Below, one piece after another: positions 14,643 through 26,603 of a stretch of 64,000 bases of DNA. The notes under the pieces are model-generated. The model did not search any database and was not told the origin of the DNA. It was given only the letters and a program-made list of their open reading frames with translations. This DNA is from Octopus vulgaris (taxonomy: Eukaryota): contig OX597831.1 in NCBI GenBank assembly GCA_951406725.2, forward strand, positions 34,596,001 through 34,660,000. Reading direction: 5' to 3'. The position numbers and the translations under genes are program-made. Position 1 is the first letter of the stretch; every line of letters begins with the position of its first letter.

Positions 14643-14840
14643 CGGGAAGCTTTATGAAAATAAACAAAAGACGAAGGCAAGTGGAATACAAACAAACAAT
14701 TGTATTAGTATGGCGCTCGGGAATATAAATAAAACAAGTCTTTTACGTTTCGAGCCTACGCTCTTCAACAGAAAGATACACAGAAAAGAAACACGGAGAG
14801 AAACAAGGAGAGAAAAAAAATGCGTGCAGAAGCTAGCGAA
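14641..14840 (-). mobile_element. Penelope-like terminal (pLTR-like) fragment with hammerhead-like motif, within (TA)n
   Basis: Minus strand TCTTT-CTGTTGA-A-GAGC-GTAG-GCTC-GAAA-CG-TA-AAAGA, in which stems I and II pair; a related degenerate copy lies at ~45920-46085 (+). Confidence 0.5.
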
Positions 14841-14856
14841 TATATATATATATATA

Positions 14857-15130
14857 CAGCTCTTCAATATCCTTCCTAAATGCGAGAGACCTGCATTGTA
14901 TGGATGTGGGTTTCTTTAAAACTAAACTCGACCTCTTCTTGTCAGGGGTTCCAGATGAACCTACATCTCGGCAGGAAACACAGATGCGGGAAGCGGCGTC
15001 GAACTCCCTTGTTGACCAAGTGCCACGTATCAGAGGTGGTTTCACATGCTAGTGTAGCACAGTCAACGGTGGCGCCCCAGCACGGCCACAGCTTTCGGGC
15101 TGAAACATTTTTAAGGATTTAAGGATTTAA

Positions 15131-15133
<3 letters not shown>
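14857..15133 (+). mobile_element. CR1-type LINE 3' end (5'-truncated)
   Basis: Frameshifted QLFNILPK..RDL..MDVGFFKTKLDLFLSGVPDEP...AASNSLVDQV, typical of a CR1-clade ORF2 C-terminus; stem-loop tail followed by (TTTAAGGA)n. Confidence 0.7.
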
Positions 15134-15205
<72 letters not shown>

Positions 15206-15937
15206 TAGGAAAAAGAGGATTTGAAAATGCACTGAGAATACGTAAAAGACTTAACCGGTTTCACAGTATACACTGATTTTCAAAAAGTTGAAATAGAGAG
15301 ACGTGGCTTATGTCGCAACTGTTTTGTTTCTGACCAGTGTTTGAAGCTTGCCCTTTTTTTATAGGGAGTTCATGACTCAGACTAGTATATGTTTTGAATA
15401 GGATTTGATTGGTAGAGGATAGTCATATGACCAGTCTTAGAAATATTTGTAGGTTCTCCACTGCGTCCGTGTGTTAGCATCAAGTGACGATGTTTGGCGT
15501 CGTAAGTTAAGGCTGAATGTTTTCTGTCAAGTGTTTCTAGAGAATGAACACGTGATTAAGTATAGAAACTTATGTACGTTTCCTGCTTCGTCTGTCCGTT
15601 AGTGTCACGTGACGGTGTATCTTGTGCCTAAAAAAACCCTGGGACCAATCAAAAACGGCCCCACGCACAAACACAAACACGTATGTATATACATACACAC
15701 AGACACAGACACTCACACCATTCTGACCTCTAAAGACCGATCCCCATAACCACTCAACCATGAAAGAGAAGCAAAAACTTCTTTTCAATTCCACATTGCT
15801 CTTCCTTCCCCCCACCCAAACACACCTCCTAAACTGTCCCTTGAAATAGAAAATAGTCTTTTACGATAAAATTGTGAAACAGGTCAGTTCATTCCAAATT
15901 CTTTGTAAACTAAATATATCTCTTTTTGTGTATTAAA

Positions 15938-18900
15938 CACTTAACAACTATGGCGATATCGACTTTTATAGACTTCAGCATATGGAGCATATTCGTTATA
16001 TGGGTTTTCGAAAATTTTCACCGAAAATTTTACCCAAAAATTTACCCAAAATTTTCACCGAAAATTTTACCCAAAAATCTTTCGAAAGTTTTCACCGAAA
16101 ATTTTACCCAAAAAATTTTCGAAAATTTTCACCAAATATTTTCACCAAAAACTTTTCGAAGATTTTCATGGAAAACTTTCCCCAAAAATTTTTCCAAAAT
16201 TTTCACTGAACATTTTCCCCAAAACTTTTCCCAAAAATTTCACGGAAAATTTTCCAAGTTTTTCGAAAATTTTCACCGAAAATTTTACCCAAAAATCTTT
16301 CGAAAATTTTCACAGAAAATTATCCCCAAAAATTTTTCGAAAATATTCCCAGAAATTTTTCAAAAATTTTACGAAAGTTATCCCCCAAAATTTTTCGAAG
16401 ATTTTCCCAGAAATTTTTCAAAAATTTTACGAAAATTTTTGCCGAAAATTTTTTCCAAAAATTTTTCGAAGGTTTCATGAAAATTTTAACAAAAAATTTT
16501 CTAAAATTTTCTCCAAAAACTTTTCCCAAAATTTTCACCGAAAATTTTTCCAAAAAATAGATGTCATAGTTAAAAATAGAGTTTTAGGTGGCTGCTGCTG
16601 CTGCTTTCTGTGTATGTATAGCGTCAATTCTGGTGTTCTACTACATTCAAGATGCCTCAAAATCCCCGATACCCCAATTTCTGCTTTACACTTAATAACT
16701 ATGACGTGATCGACGTTTATTGACTTCAGCATATGGAGCATATTCGTTATATGGGTTTTCGAAAATTTTCACCAAAAACTTTCCCCAAAAATTTTTCCAA
16801 AGTTTTCACCAAAAATTTTACCCGAAAATTTTTCGAAAATTTTCACCGAAAATTTTACCCTAAAATTTGTCGAAAATTTTCCCCGAGCTAAAAATAGATG
16901 TTATGTTGCTGCTGCTTTCTGTGTATAAAGTGAATTCTGGTTTAATATTACAGTCAAGATGCCTCACCATCCCCGATACACCAGATTCTGCTTTACACTT
17001 AACAACTATGACGATATCGACTTTTATAGACTTCAGCATATGGAGCACATTCGTTATATGGGTTTCCGAAAATTTTCACAGAAAATTTTACCCAAAAATT
17101 TTCACCGAAAATTTTCCCAAAACTTTTTTGAAAATTTTTGCCGAAAATTTACCAAAAATCTTCACCAAACATTTTTCGAAAATTTACCGAAAATTTTCAC
17201 CGAAAATTTTACCCAAAAATCTTTCGAAAGTTTTCACCGAAAATTTTACACAAAAATTTTTCGAAAATTTTCACCAGATATTTTCACCGAAAACTTTTCG
17301 AAAATTTTCATGGAAAACTTTCCCCAAAAATTTTTCGAAAATTTTCACCGAAAATTTTCCCCAAAACTTTTCCCAAAAATTTCACCGAAAATTTTCCCAA
17401 GTTTTTCGAAAATTTTCACCGAAAATTTTACCCAAAATCTTTCCAAAATTTTCACCGAAAATTTTCCCCAAGTTTTTCGAAAATTTTCACCGAAAATTTT
17501 CCCAAAAATTTTTCGAAAATTTTCACCGAAAATTTTCCCCAAAGTTTTTCGAAAATTTTCACCGAAAATTTTCCCAAAAATTTTACGAAGATTTTCACCG
17601 AAAATTTTCCCCAAAGTTTTTCGAAAATTTTCACCAAAAATTTTACCTTAAAATTTTACGAAGATTTTCCCCAAAAATTTTTCGAAAATGTTTGCCGAAA
17701 ATTTTTTCGAAAAATTTTTCGAAGGATTTCATGAAAATTTTAACAAAAAGTTTTCTAAAATTTTCTCCAAAAAGTTTTTCCAAAATTTTCACCGAAAATT
17801 TTTCAAAAAAATGGATGTCATAGTTAAAAATAGAGTTTTAGGTGGCTGCTGCTGCTGCTTTCTGTGTATATATAGCGTCAATTCTGGTGTTCTACTACAG
17901 TCAAGATGCCTCACCATCCCCGATTCCCCAATTTCTGCTTTACACTTAATAACTATGACGTGATCGACGTTTATTGACTTCAGCATATGGAGCATATTCG
18001 TTATATGGGTTTTCGAAAATTTTCACCAAAAACTTTCCCCAAAAATTTTTCCAAAGTTTTCACCGAAAATTTTACCCAAGTTTTTCGAAAATTTTCGCCG
18101 AAAATTTTCCCAAAAATTTTTTGAAAATTTTTGCCGAAAATTTACCGAAAATTTTAACCAAACATTTTTCGAAAATTTACCCAAAATTTTCACCGAAAAT
18201 TTTACCCAAAAATCTTTCGAAAGTTTTCACCGAAAATTTTACCCAAAAATTTTCGAAAATTTTCACCAAATATTTTCATAAAAACTTTTCGAAAATTTTC
18301 ATGGAAAACTTTCCCCAAAAATTTTTCGAAAATTTTCCCAAAACTTTTCCCAAAAATTTCACCGAAAATTTTCCCAAGTTTTTCGAAAATTTTCACCGAA
18401 ACTTTTACCCAAAAATCTTTCCAAAATTTTCACCGAAAATTTTCCCAAGTTTTTCGAAAATTTTCACGGAAAATTTTCCCAAAAAAATTTTTCGAAAATT
18501 TTCCCCAAAAGTTTTTCGAAAATTTTCACCGAAAATTTTACCCAAAAATTTTACGAAGATTTTCACCGAAAATTTTCCCCAAAGTTTTTCGAAAATTTTC
18601 ACAGAAAATTTTACCCAAAAATTTTACGAAGATTTTCCCCAAAAATTTTTCGAAAATGTTTGCCGAAAATTTTTTCCAAAAATTTTTCGAAGGATTTCAT
18701 GAAAATTTTAACAAAAAGTTTTCTAAAATTTTCTCCAAAAAGTTTTTCCAAAATTTTCACCGAAAATTTTTCAAAAAAATGGATGTCATAGTTAAAAATA
18801 GAGTTTTAGGTGGCTGCTGCTGCTGCTTTCTGTGTATATATAGCGTCAATTCTGGTGTTCTACTACAGTCAAGATGCCTCACCATCCCCGATACCCCAAT

Positions 18901-21900
18901 TTCTGCTTTACTCTTAATAACTATGACGTGATCGACGTTTATTGACTTCAGCATATGGAGCATATTCGTTATATGGGTTTTCGAAAATTTTCACCAAAAA
19001 CTTTCCCCAAAAATTTTTCCAAAGTTTTCACCGAAAATTTTACCCAAGTTTTTCGAAAATTTTCACCGAAAATTTTCCCAAAAAATTTTTCGAAAATTTT
19101 CACCGAAAATTTTAACTGAAAATTTTCAGCAAAAATCTTTCGAAAATTTTCACCGAAAATTTTCCCCAAAATTTTTCAAAAATTTTCACCGAAAATTTTC
19201 CCAAAAATTTTTAGAAAATTTTGCCGAAAATTTTCCCAAAATTTTTTCGAAAATTTTCACTGAAAATTTTACCAAAAAATTTTTCGAAAATTTTCACCGA
19301 AAATTTTCCCAAAAATTTTACGAAGATTTTCACCGAAAATTTTCCCCAAAGTTTTTCGAAAATTTTCACCGAAAATTTTACCCAAAAATTTTACGAAGAT
19401 TTTCCCAAAAATTTTTCGAAAATGTTTGCCGAAAATTTTTTCCAAAAATTTTTCGAAGGATTTCATGAAAATTTTAACAAAAAAGTTTTCTAAACTTTTC
19501 TCTAAAAGTTTTTCCAAAATTTTCACCGAAAATTTTTCAAAAAAATGGATGTCATAGTTAAAAATAGAGTTTTAGGTGGCTGCTGCTGCTGCTTTCTGTG
19601 TATATATAGCGTCAATTCTGGTGTTCTACTACAGTCAAGATGCCTCACCATCCCCGATACCCCAATTTCTGCTTTACACTTAATAACTATGACGTGATCG
19701 ACGTTTATTGACTTCAGCATATGGAGCATATTCGTTATATGGGTTTTCGAAAATTTTCACCAAAAACTTTCCCCAAAAGTTTTTGCAAACTTTTCACCGA
19801 AAATTTTACCCAAGTTTTCCCAAAAAATTTTTCGAAAATCTTCACCGAAAATTTTTACTGAAAATTTTCAGCAAAAATCTTTCGAAAATTTTCACCGAAA
19901 ATTTTCCCAAAAATTTTTCAAAAATTTTCACCGAAAATTTTCCCCAAAAATTTTTAGAAAATTTTGCCGAAAATTTTCCTTAAAATTTTTTCGAAAATTT
20001 TCACTGAAAATTTTACCAAAAAATTTTTCGAAAATTTTCACCAAAAATTTTCTCCAAAAATTTTTAGAAAATTTTCACTGAAAACTTTTCCCAAAATTTT
20101 TCGATTTTCACCGATTTTGGCCCCCAACCCTGGCCTTCCATACTTTGTGATTTTGGCACCGCTGGCCTTCCATACTTTTTGATTTTGGCACCGCTGGCCT
20201 TCCATACTTTTTAATTTTGGTACCGCTGGCCTTCCATACTTTATGATTTTGGCACCGCTCGTCTTCCATACTTTCAGATTCCGGCACCGCTGGCTTTGTA
20301 ATTTTTTGAAAATTTTTCCCAAAAGTTTTTCCAAAATTTTCCCCAAAAATTTAACGTAAATTTTCACCGAAAATTTTCAGCAAAAATCTTTCGAAAATTT
20401 TCACGAAAATTTTCCCCAAAAATTTTTAGAAAATTTTGCCGAAAATTTTCCTTAAAATTTTTTTCGAAAATTTTCACTGAAAATTTTACCAAAAATTTTT
20501 CGAAAATTTTCACCAAAAATTTTCTCCAAATATTTTTCGAAAATTTTCACTGAAAACTTTTCCCAAAAATTTTTCGATTTTCACCGAATTTGCCCCCCCT
20601 CCCCCGGCCTTCCATACTTTGTGATTTTTGCACCGCTGGCCTTCCATACTTTTTGATTTTGGCACCGCTGGCCTTCCATACTTTTTGATTTTGGCACCGC
20701 TGGCCTTCCATACTTTTTAATTTTGGTACCGCTGGCCTTCCATACTTTATGATTTTGGCACCGCTCGTCTTCCATACTTTCAGATTCCGGCACCGCTGGC
20801 TTTGTAATTTTTTGAAAATTTTCCCAAAAGTTTTTCCAAAAAAAGAATTTTCGAAAATTTTCAGCAAAAATTTTATTTTCCCAAAAAAAAAATTTTTCGA
20901 AAATTTTCGAAAATTTTCCCGAAAAATTTTGCCGAAAATTTTCCCAAAAATTTTCGAAAACGAAAATTTTACAAAAAAATTTTCACCGAAAATTTTACCC
21001 AAAAATTTTACGAAGATTTTCACCGAAAATTTTCCCCAAAGTTTTTCGAAAATTTTCACCGAAAATTTTACCCAAAAATTTTACGAAGATTTTCCCCAAA
21101 AATTTTTCGAAAATGTTTGCCGAAAATTTTTTCCAAAAATTTTTCGAAGGATTTCATGAAAATTTTAACAAAAAGTTTTCTAAAATTTTCTCCAAAAAGT
21201 TTTTCCAAAATTTTCACCGAAAATTTTTCAAAAAAATGGATGTCATAGTTAAAAATAGAGTTTTAGGTGGCTGCTGCTGCTGCTTTCTGTGTATATATAG
21301 CGTCAATTCTGGTGTTCTACTACAGTCAAGATGCCTCACCATCCCCGATACCCCAATTTCTGCTTTACACTTAATAACTATGACGTGATCGACGTTTATT
21401 GACTTCAGCATATGGAGCATATTCGTTATATGGGTTTTCGAAAATTTTCACCAAAAACTTTCCCCAAAAATTTTTCCAAAGTTTTCACCGAAAATTTTAC
21501 CCAAGTTTTCCCAAAAAATTTTTCGAAAATTTTCACCGAAAATTTTAACTGAAAATTTTCAGCAAAAATCTTTCGAAAATTTTCACCGAAAATTTTCCCC
21601 AAAAATTTTTCAAAAATTTTCACCGAAAATTTTCCCCAAAAATTTTTAGAAAATTTTGCCGAAAATTTTCCTTGAAATTTTTTCGAAAATTTTCACTGAA
21701 AATTTTACCAAAAAATTTTTCGAAAATTTTCACTGAAAACTTTTCCCAAAATTTTTCGATTTTCACCGATTTTGGCCCACCCCCCCTGGCCTTCCATACT
21801 TTGTGATTTTGGCACCGCTGGCCTTCCATACTTTTTGATTTTGGCACCGCTGGCCTTCCATACTTTTTGATTTTGGCACTGCTGGCCTTCCATACTTTTT

Positions 21901-24900
21901 AATTTTGGTACCGCTGGCCTTCCATACTTTATGATTTTGGCACCGCTCGTCTTCCATACTTTCAGATTCCGGCACCGCTGGCTTTGTAATTTTTTGAAAA
22001 TTTTTCCCAAAAGTTTTTCCAAAATTTTCCCCAACAATTTAACGTAAATTTTCACCGAAAATTTTCAGCAAAAATATTTCGAAAATTTTCACCGAAAATT
22101 TTCCCCAAAAATTTTTAGAAAATTTTGCCGAAAATTTTCCTTAAAATTTTTTCGAAAATTTTCACTGAAAATTTTACCAAAAATTTTTCGAAAATTTTCA
22201 CCAAAAATTTTCTCCAAATATTTTTCGAAAATTTTCACTGAAAACTTTTCCCAAAATTTTTCGATTTTCACCGATTTTGTACTTTGTGATTTTGGCACCG
22301 CTGGCCTTCCATACTTTTTGATTTTGGCACCGCTGGCCTTCCATACTTTTTGATTTTGGCACCGCTGGCCTTCCATACTTTTTAATTTTGGTACCGCTGG
22401 CCTTCCATACTTTTTGATTTTGGCACCGCTGGCCTTCCATACTTTTTGATTTTGGCACCGCTGGCCTTCCATACTTTTTAATTTTGGTACCGCTGGCCTT
22501 CCATACTTTATGATGTTGGCACCGCTCGTCTTCCATACTTTCAGATTCCGGCACCGCTGGCTTTGTAATTTTTTGAAAATTTTTCCCAAAAGTTTTTCCA
22601 AAATTTTCCCCAAAAATTTAACGTAAATTTTCACCGAAAATTTTCAGCAAAAATCTTTCGAAAATTTTCACCGAAAATTTTCCCCAAAAATTTTTCGAAA
22701 ATTTTCACCGAAAATTTTCCCCAAGTTTTTCGAAAATTTTACCCTAAAATGTTTCGAAAATTTTCACCGAAAATTTTACCCAAAAATTTTTCGAGAATTT
22801 TCACCGAAAATTTTCCCCAAAAGTTTTTCGAAAATTTTCACCGAAAATTTTACCCAAAAATTTGTCGAAAATTTTCCCCGAGCTAAAAATAGATGTTATG
22901 TTGCTGCTGCTTTCTGTGTATACAGTGAATTCTGGTTTAATATTAGTCAAGATGCCTCACCATCCCCGATACACCAGATTCTGCTTTACAACTATGACGA
23001 TATCGACTTTTATAGACTTCAGCATATGGAGCATATTCGTTATATGGGTTGTCGAAAATTTTCACAGAAAATTTTACCCAAAAATTTTTCCAAAATTTTC
23101 ACCGAAAATTTTCCCAAAAATTTTTAAAAAGATTTTTGCCGAAAATTCTCCCCAAAAATTTTTTCGAAAATTTACCGAAAATTTTCACCGAAAATTTTAC
23201 CCAAAAATTTTACGAAGATTTTCACCGAAAATTTTCCCCAAAGTTTTTCGAAAATTTTCACCGAAAATTTTACCCAAAAATTTTACGAAGATTTTCCCCA
23301 AAAATTTTTCGAAAATGTTTGCCGAAAATTTTTTCGAAAAATTTTTCGAAGGATTACATGAAAATTTTAACAAAAAGTTTTCTTAAATTTTCTCCAAAAA
23401 GTTTTTCCAAAATTTTCACCGAAAATTTTTCAAAAAAATGGATGTCATAGTTAAAAATAGAGTTTTAGGTGGCTGCTGCTGCTGCTTTCTGTGTATATAT
23501 AGCGTCAATTCTGGTGTTCTACTACAGTCAAGATGCCTCACCATCCCCGATACCCCAATTTCTGCTTTACACTTAATAACTATGACGTGATCGACGTTTA
23601 TTGACTTCAGCATATGGAGCATATTCGTTATATGGGTTTTCGAAAATTTTCACCAAAAACTTTCCCAAAAATTTTTCCAAAGTTTTCACCGAAAATTTTA
23701 CCCAAGTTTTTCGAAAATTTTCACCAAAAATTTTCCAAAAATTTTTCGAAAATTTTCACCGAAAATTTTCCCCAAAGTTTTTCGAAAATTTTCACCGAAA
23801 ATTTTACCCAAAAATTTTACGAAGATTTTCACCAAAAATTTTCCCCAAAGTTTTTCGAAAATTTTCACCAAAAATTTTACCTTAAAATTTTACGAAGATT
23901 TTCCCCAAAAATTTTTCGAAAAAGTTTTCGGCAAACATTTTCGAAAAATTTTTCGAAGGATTTCATGAAAATTTTAACAAAAAGTTTTCTAAAATTTTCT
24001 CCAAAAAGTTTTTCCAAAATTTTCACCGAAAATTTTTCAAAAAAATGGATGTCATAGTTAAAAATAGAGTTTTAGGTGGTTGCTGCTGCTGCTTTCTGTG
24101 TATATATAGCGTCAATTCTGGTGTTCTACTAAGATGCCTCACCATCCCCGATACCCCAATTTCTGCTTTACACTTAATAACTATGACGTGATCGACGTTT
24201 ATTGACTTCAGTATATAGAGCATATTCGTTATATGGGTTTTCGAAAATTTTCACCAAAAACTTTCCCCAAAAATTTTTCCAAAGTTTTCACCGAAAATTT
24301 TACCCAAGTTTTCCCAAAAATTTTTCGAAAATTTTCACCGAAACTTTTAACTGAAAATTTTCAGCAAAAATCTTTCGAAAATTTTCACCGAAAATTTTCC
24401 CCAAAAATTTTTCAAAAATTTTCACCGAAAATTTTCCCCAAAAATTTTTAGAAAATTTTGCCGAAAATTTTCCTTCAAATTTTTCTAAAATTTTCACTGA
24501 AAATTTTACCAAAAAATTTTTCGAAAATTTTCACCAAAAATTTTCTCCAAAACTTTTTAGAAAATTTTCACTGAAAACTTTTCCCAAAATTTTTCGATTT
24601 TCACCGATTTTGGCCCCCCCCCTGGCCTTCCATACTTTGTGATTTTGGCACCGCTGGCCTTCCATTCTTTTTGATTTTGGCACCGCTGGCCTTCCATACT
24701 TTTTGATTTTGGCACTGCTGGCCTTCCATACTTTTTAATTTTGGTACCGCTGGCCTTCCATACTTTATGATTTTGGCACCGCTCGTCTTCCATACTTTCA
24801 GATTCCGGCACCGCTGGCTTTGTAATTTTTTGAAAATTTTTCCCAAAAGTTTTTCCAAAATTTTCCCAACAATTTAACGTAAATTTTCACCGAAAATTTT

Positions 24901-26603
24901 CAGCCGAAAATTTTCACCGAAAATTTTCCAAAAATTTTTAGAAAATTTTGCCGAAAATTTTCTTAAATTTTTTCGAAAATTTTCACTGAAAATTTTACCA
25001 AAAAATTTTTCGAAAATTTTCACCAAAAATTTTCTCCAAATATTTTTCGAAAATTTTCACTGAAAACTTTTCCCAAAATTTTTCGATTTTCACCGATTTT
25101 GCCCCCCCCCCCCCCCCCCGGCCTTCCATATTTTGTGACTTTTTTTGGCACCGCTGGCCTTCCATACTTTTTGATTTTGGCACCGCTGGCCTTCCATACT
25201 TTTTGATTTTGGCACCGCGCTGTAATTTTTTGGTTTTTCCAAAATTTTCCCAAAAATACGAAAATTTTCAAAATTTTTTTACAAAAAATTTTTCGAAAAT
25301 TTTCACCAAAAATTTTCTCCAAATACTTTTCGAAAATTTTCACTGAAAACTTTTCCCAAAATTTTTCGATTTTCACCGATTTTGCCCCCCCCCCCGGCCT
25401 TCCATACTTTGTGATTTTGGCACCGCTGGCATTCCATACTTTTTGATTTTGGCACCGCTGGCCTTCCATACTTTTTGATTTTGGCACCGCTGGCCTTCCA
25501 TACTTTTTAATTTTGGTACCGCTGGCCTTCCATGCTTTATGATTTTGGCACCGCTCGTCTTCCATACTTTCAGATTCCGGCACCGCTGGCTTTGTAATTT
25601 TTTGAAAATTTTTCCCAAAAGTTTTTCCAAAATTTTCCCCAAAAATTTAACGTAAATTTTCACCGAAAATTTTCAGCAAAAATCTTTCGAAAATTTTCAC
25701 CGAAAATTTTCCCCAAAAATTTTTCGAGAATTTTCACCGAAAATTTTCCCAAAAGTTTTTCGAAAATTTTCACCGAAAATTTTACCCAAAAATTTGTCGA
25801 AAATTTTCCCGAGCTAAAAATAGATGTTATGTTGCTGCTGCTTTCTGTGTATACAGTGAATTCTGGTTTAATATTAGTCAAGATGCCTCACCATCCCCGA
25901 TACACCAGATTCTGCTTTACAACTATGACGATATCGACTTTTATAGACTTCAGCATATGGAGCATATTCGTTATATGGGTTGTCGAAAATTTTCACAGAA
26001 AATTTTACCCAAAAATTTTTCCAAAATTTTCACCGAAAATTTTCCCAAAAATTTTTAAAAAGATTTTTGCCGAAAATTCTCCCCAAAAATTTTTCGAAAA
26101 TTTACCGAAAATTTTCACCGAAAATTTTACCCAAAAATCTTTCGAAGGTTTTCACCGAAAATTTTACACAAAAATTTTTCGAAAATTTTCACCAGATATT
26201 TTCACCGAAAACTTTTCGAAAATTTTCATGGAAAACTTTCCCAAAAATTTTTCGAAAATTTTCACCGAAAATTTTCCCCAAAACTTTTCCCAAAAATTTC
26301 ACCGAAAATTTTCCGCAAGTTTTTCGAAAGTTTTCACTGAAAATTTTACACAAAAAATTTTTCGAAAATTTTCACCAGATATTTTCACCGAAAATTACCA
26401 GTATTTTCCCGAAAACTTTTCGAAAATTTTCATGGAAAACTTTCCCAAAAATTTTCGAAATTTTCACGAAAATTTTCCCCAAAACTTTTCCCAAAAATTT
26501 CACCGAAAATTTTCCGCACGTTTTTCGAAAATTTTCACCGAAAATTTTACCCAAAAATCTTTGAAAATTTTCACCGAAAATTTTTCGAAAATTTTCACCG
26601 AAA
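15938..26603. repeat. 10.7-kb hierarchical complex satellite array
   Basis: Backbone of CGAAAATTTTCAC / CGAAAATTTTAC / CCAAAAATTTTT monomers. ~200-bp cores of type A at 16557, 17811, 18779, 19545, 21236, 23438, 24045 and of type B at 15938 (truncated), 16884, 22879, 25810. 32-bp repeat clusters at ~20119, 20591, 21773, 22279, 24611, 25100, 25383. Confidence 0.97.

Noticed and set aside
17950-17959. TAACTATGAC match to the 28S rDNA R2/I-PpoI target region
   Set aside because: Only 10 nt match; the flanks do not resemble rRNA.
16535-24223. Repeated 66-68-aa ORF MLHMLKSINVDHV..KQQQQPPK as a tandem gene family
   Set aside because: A vs B variant differences are mostly amino-acid changing, B copies carry frameshifting 2- and 7-nt deletions, and the ORF ends in the low-complexity linker; no sign of protein-level selection.
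20119-25598. 32-bp repeats as a CRISPR array
   Set aside because: The units are contiguous with no unique spacers, there are no cas genes, and the context is eukaryotic.
15938-26603. Long F/K/E/N/I-rich ORFs across the array, and heat-shock elements
   Set aside because: The ORFs arise because the monomers lack stop codons in several frames; GAA/TTC spacing (0, 3 or 4 nt) does not fit the nGAAnnTTCn HSE.
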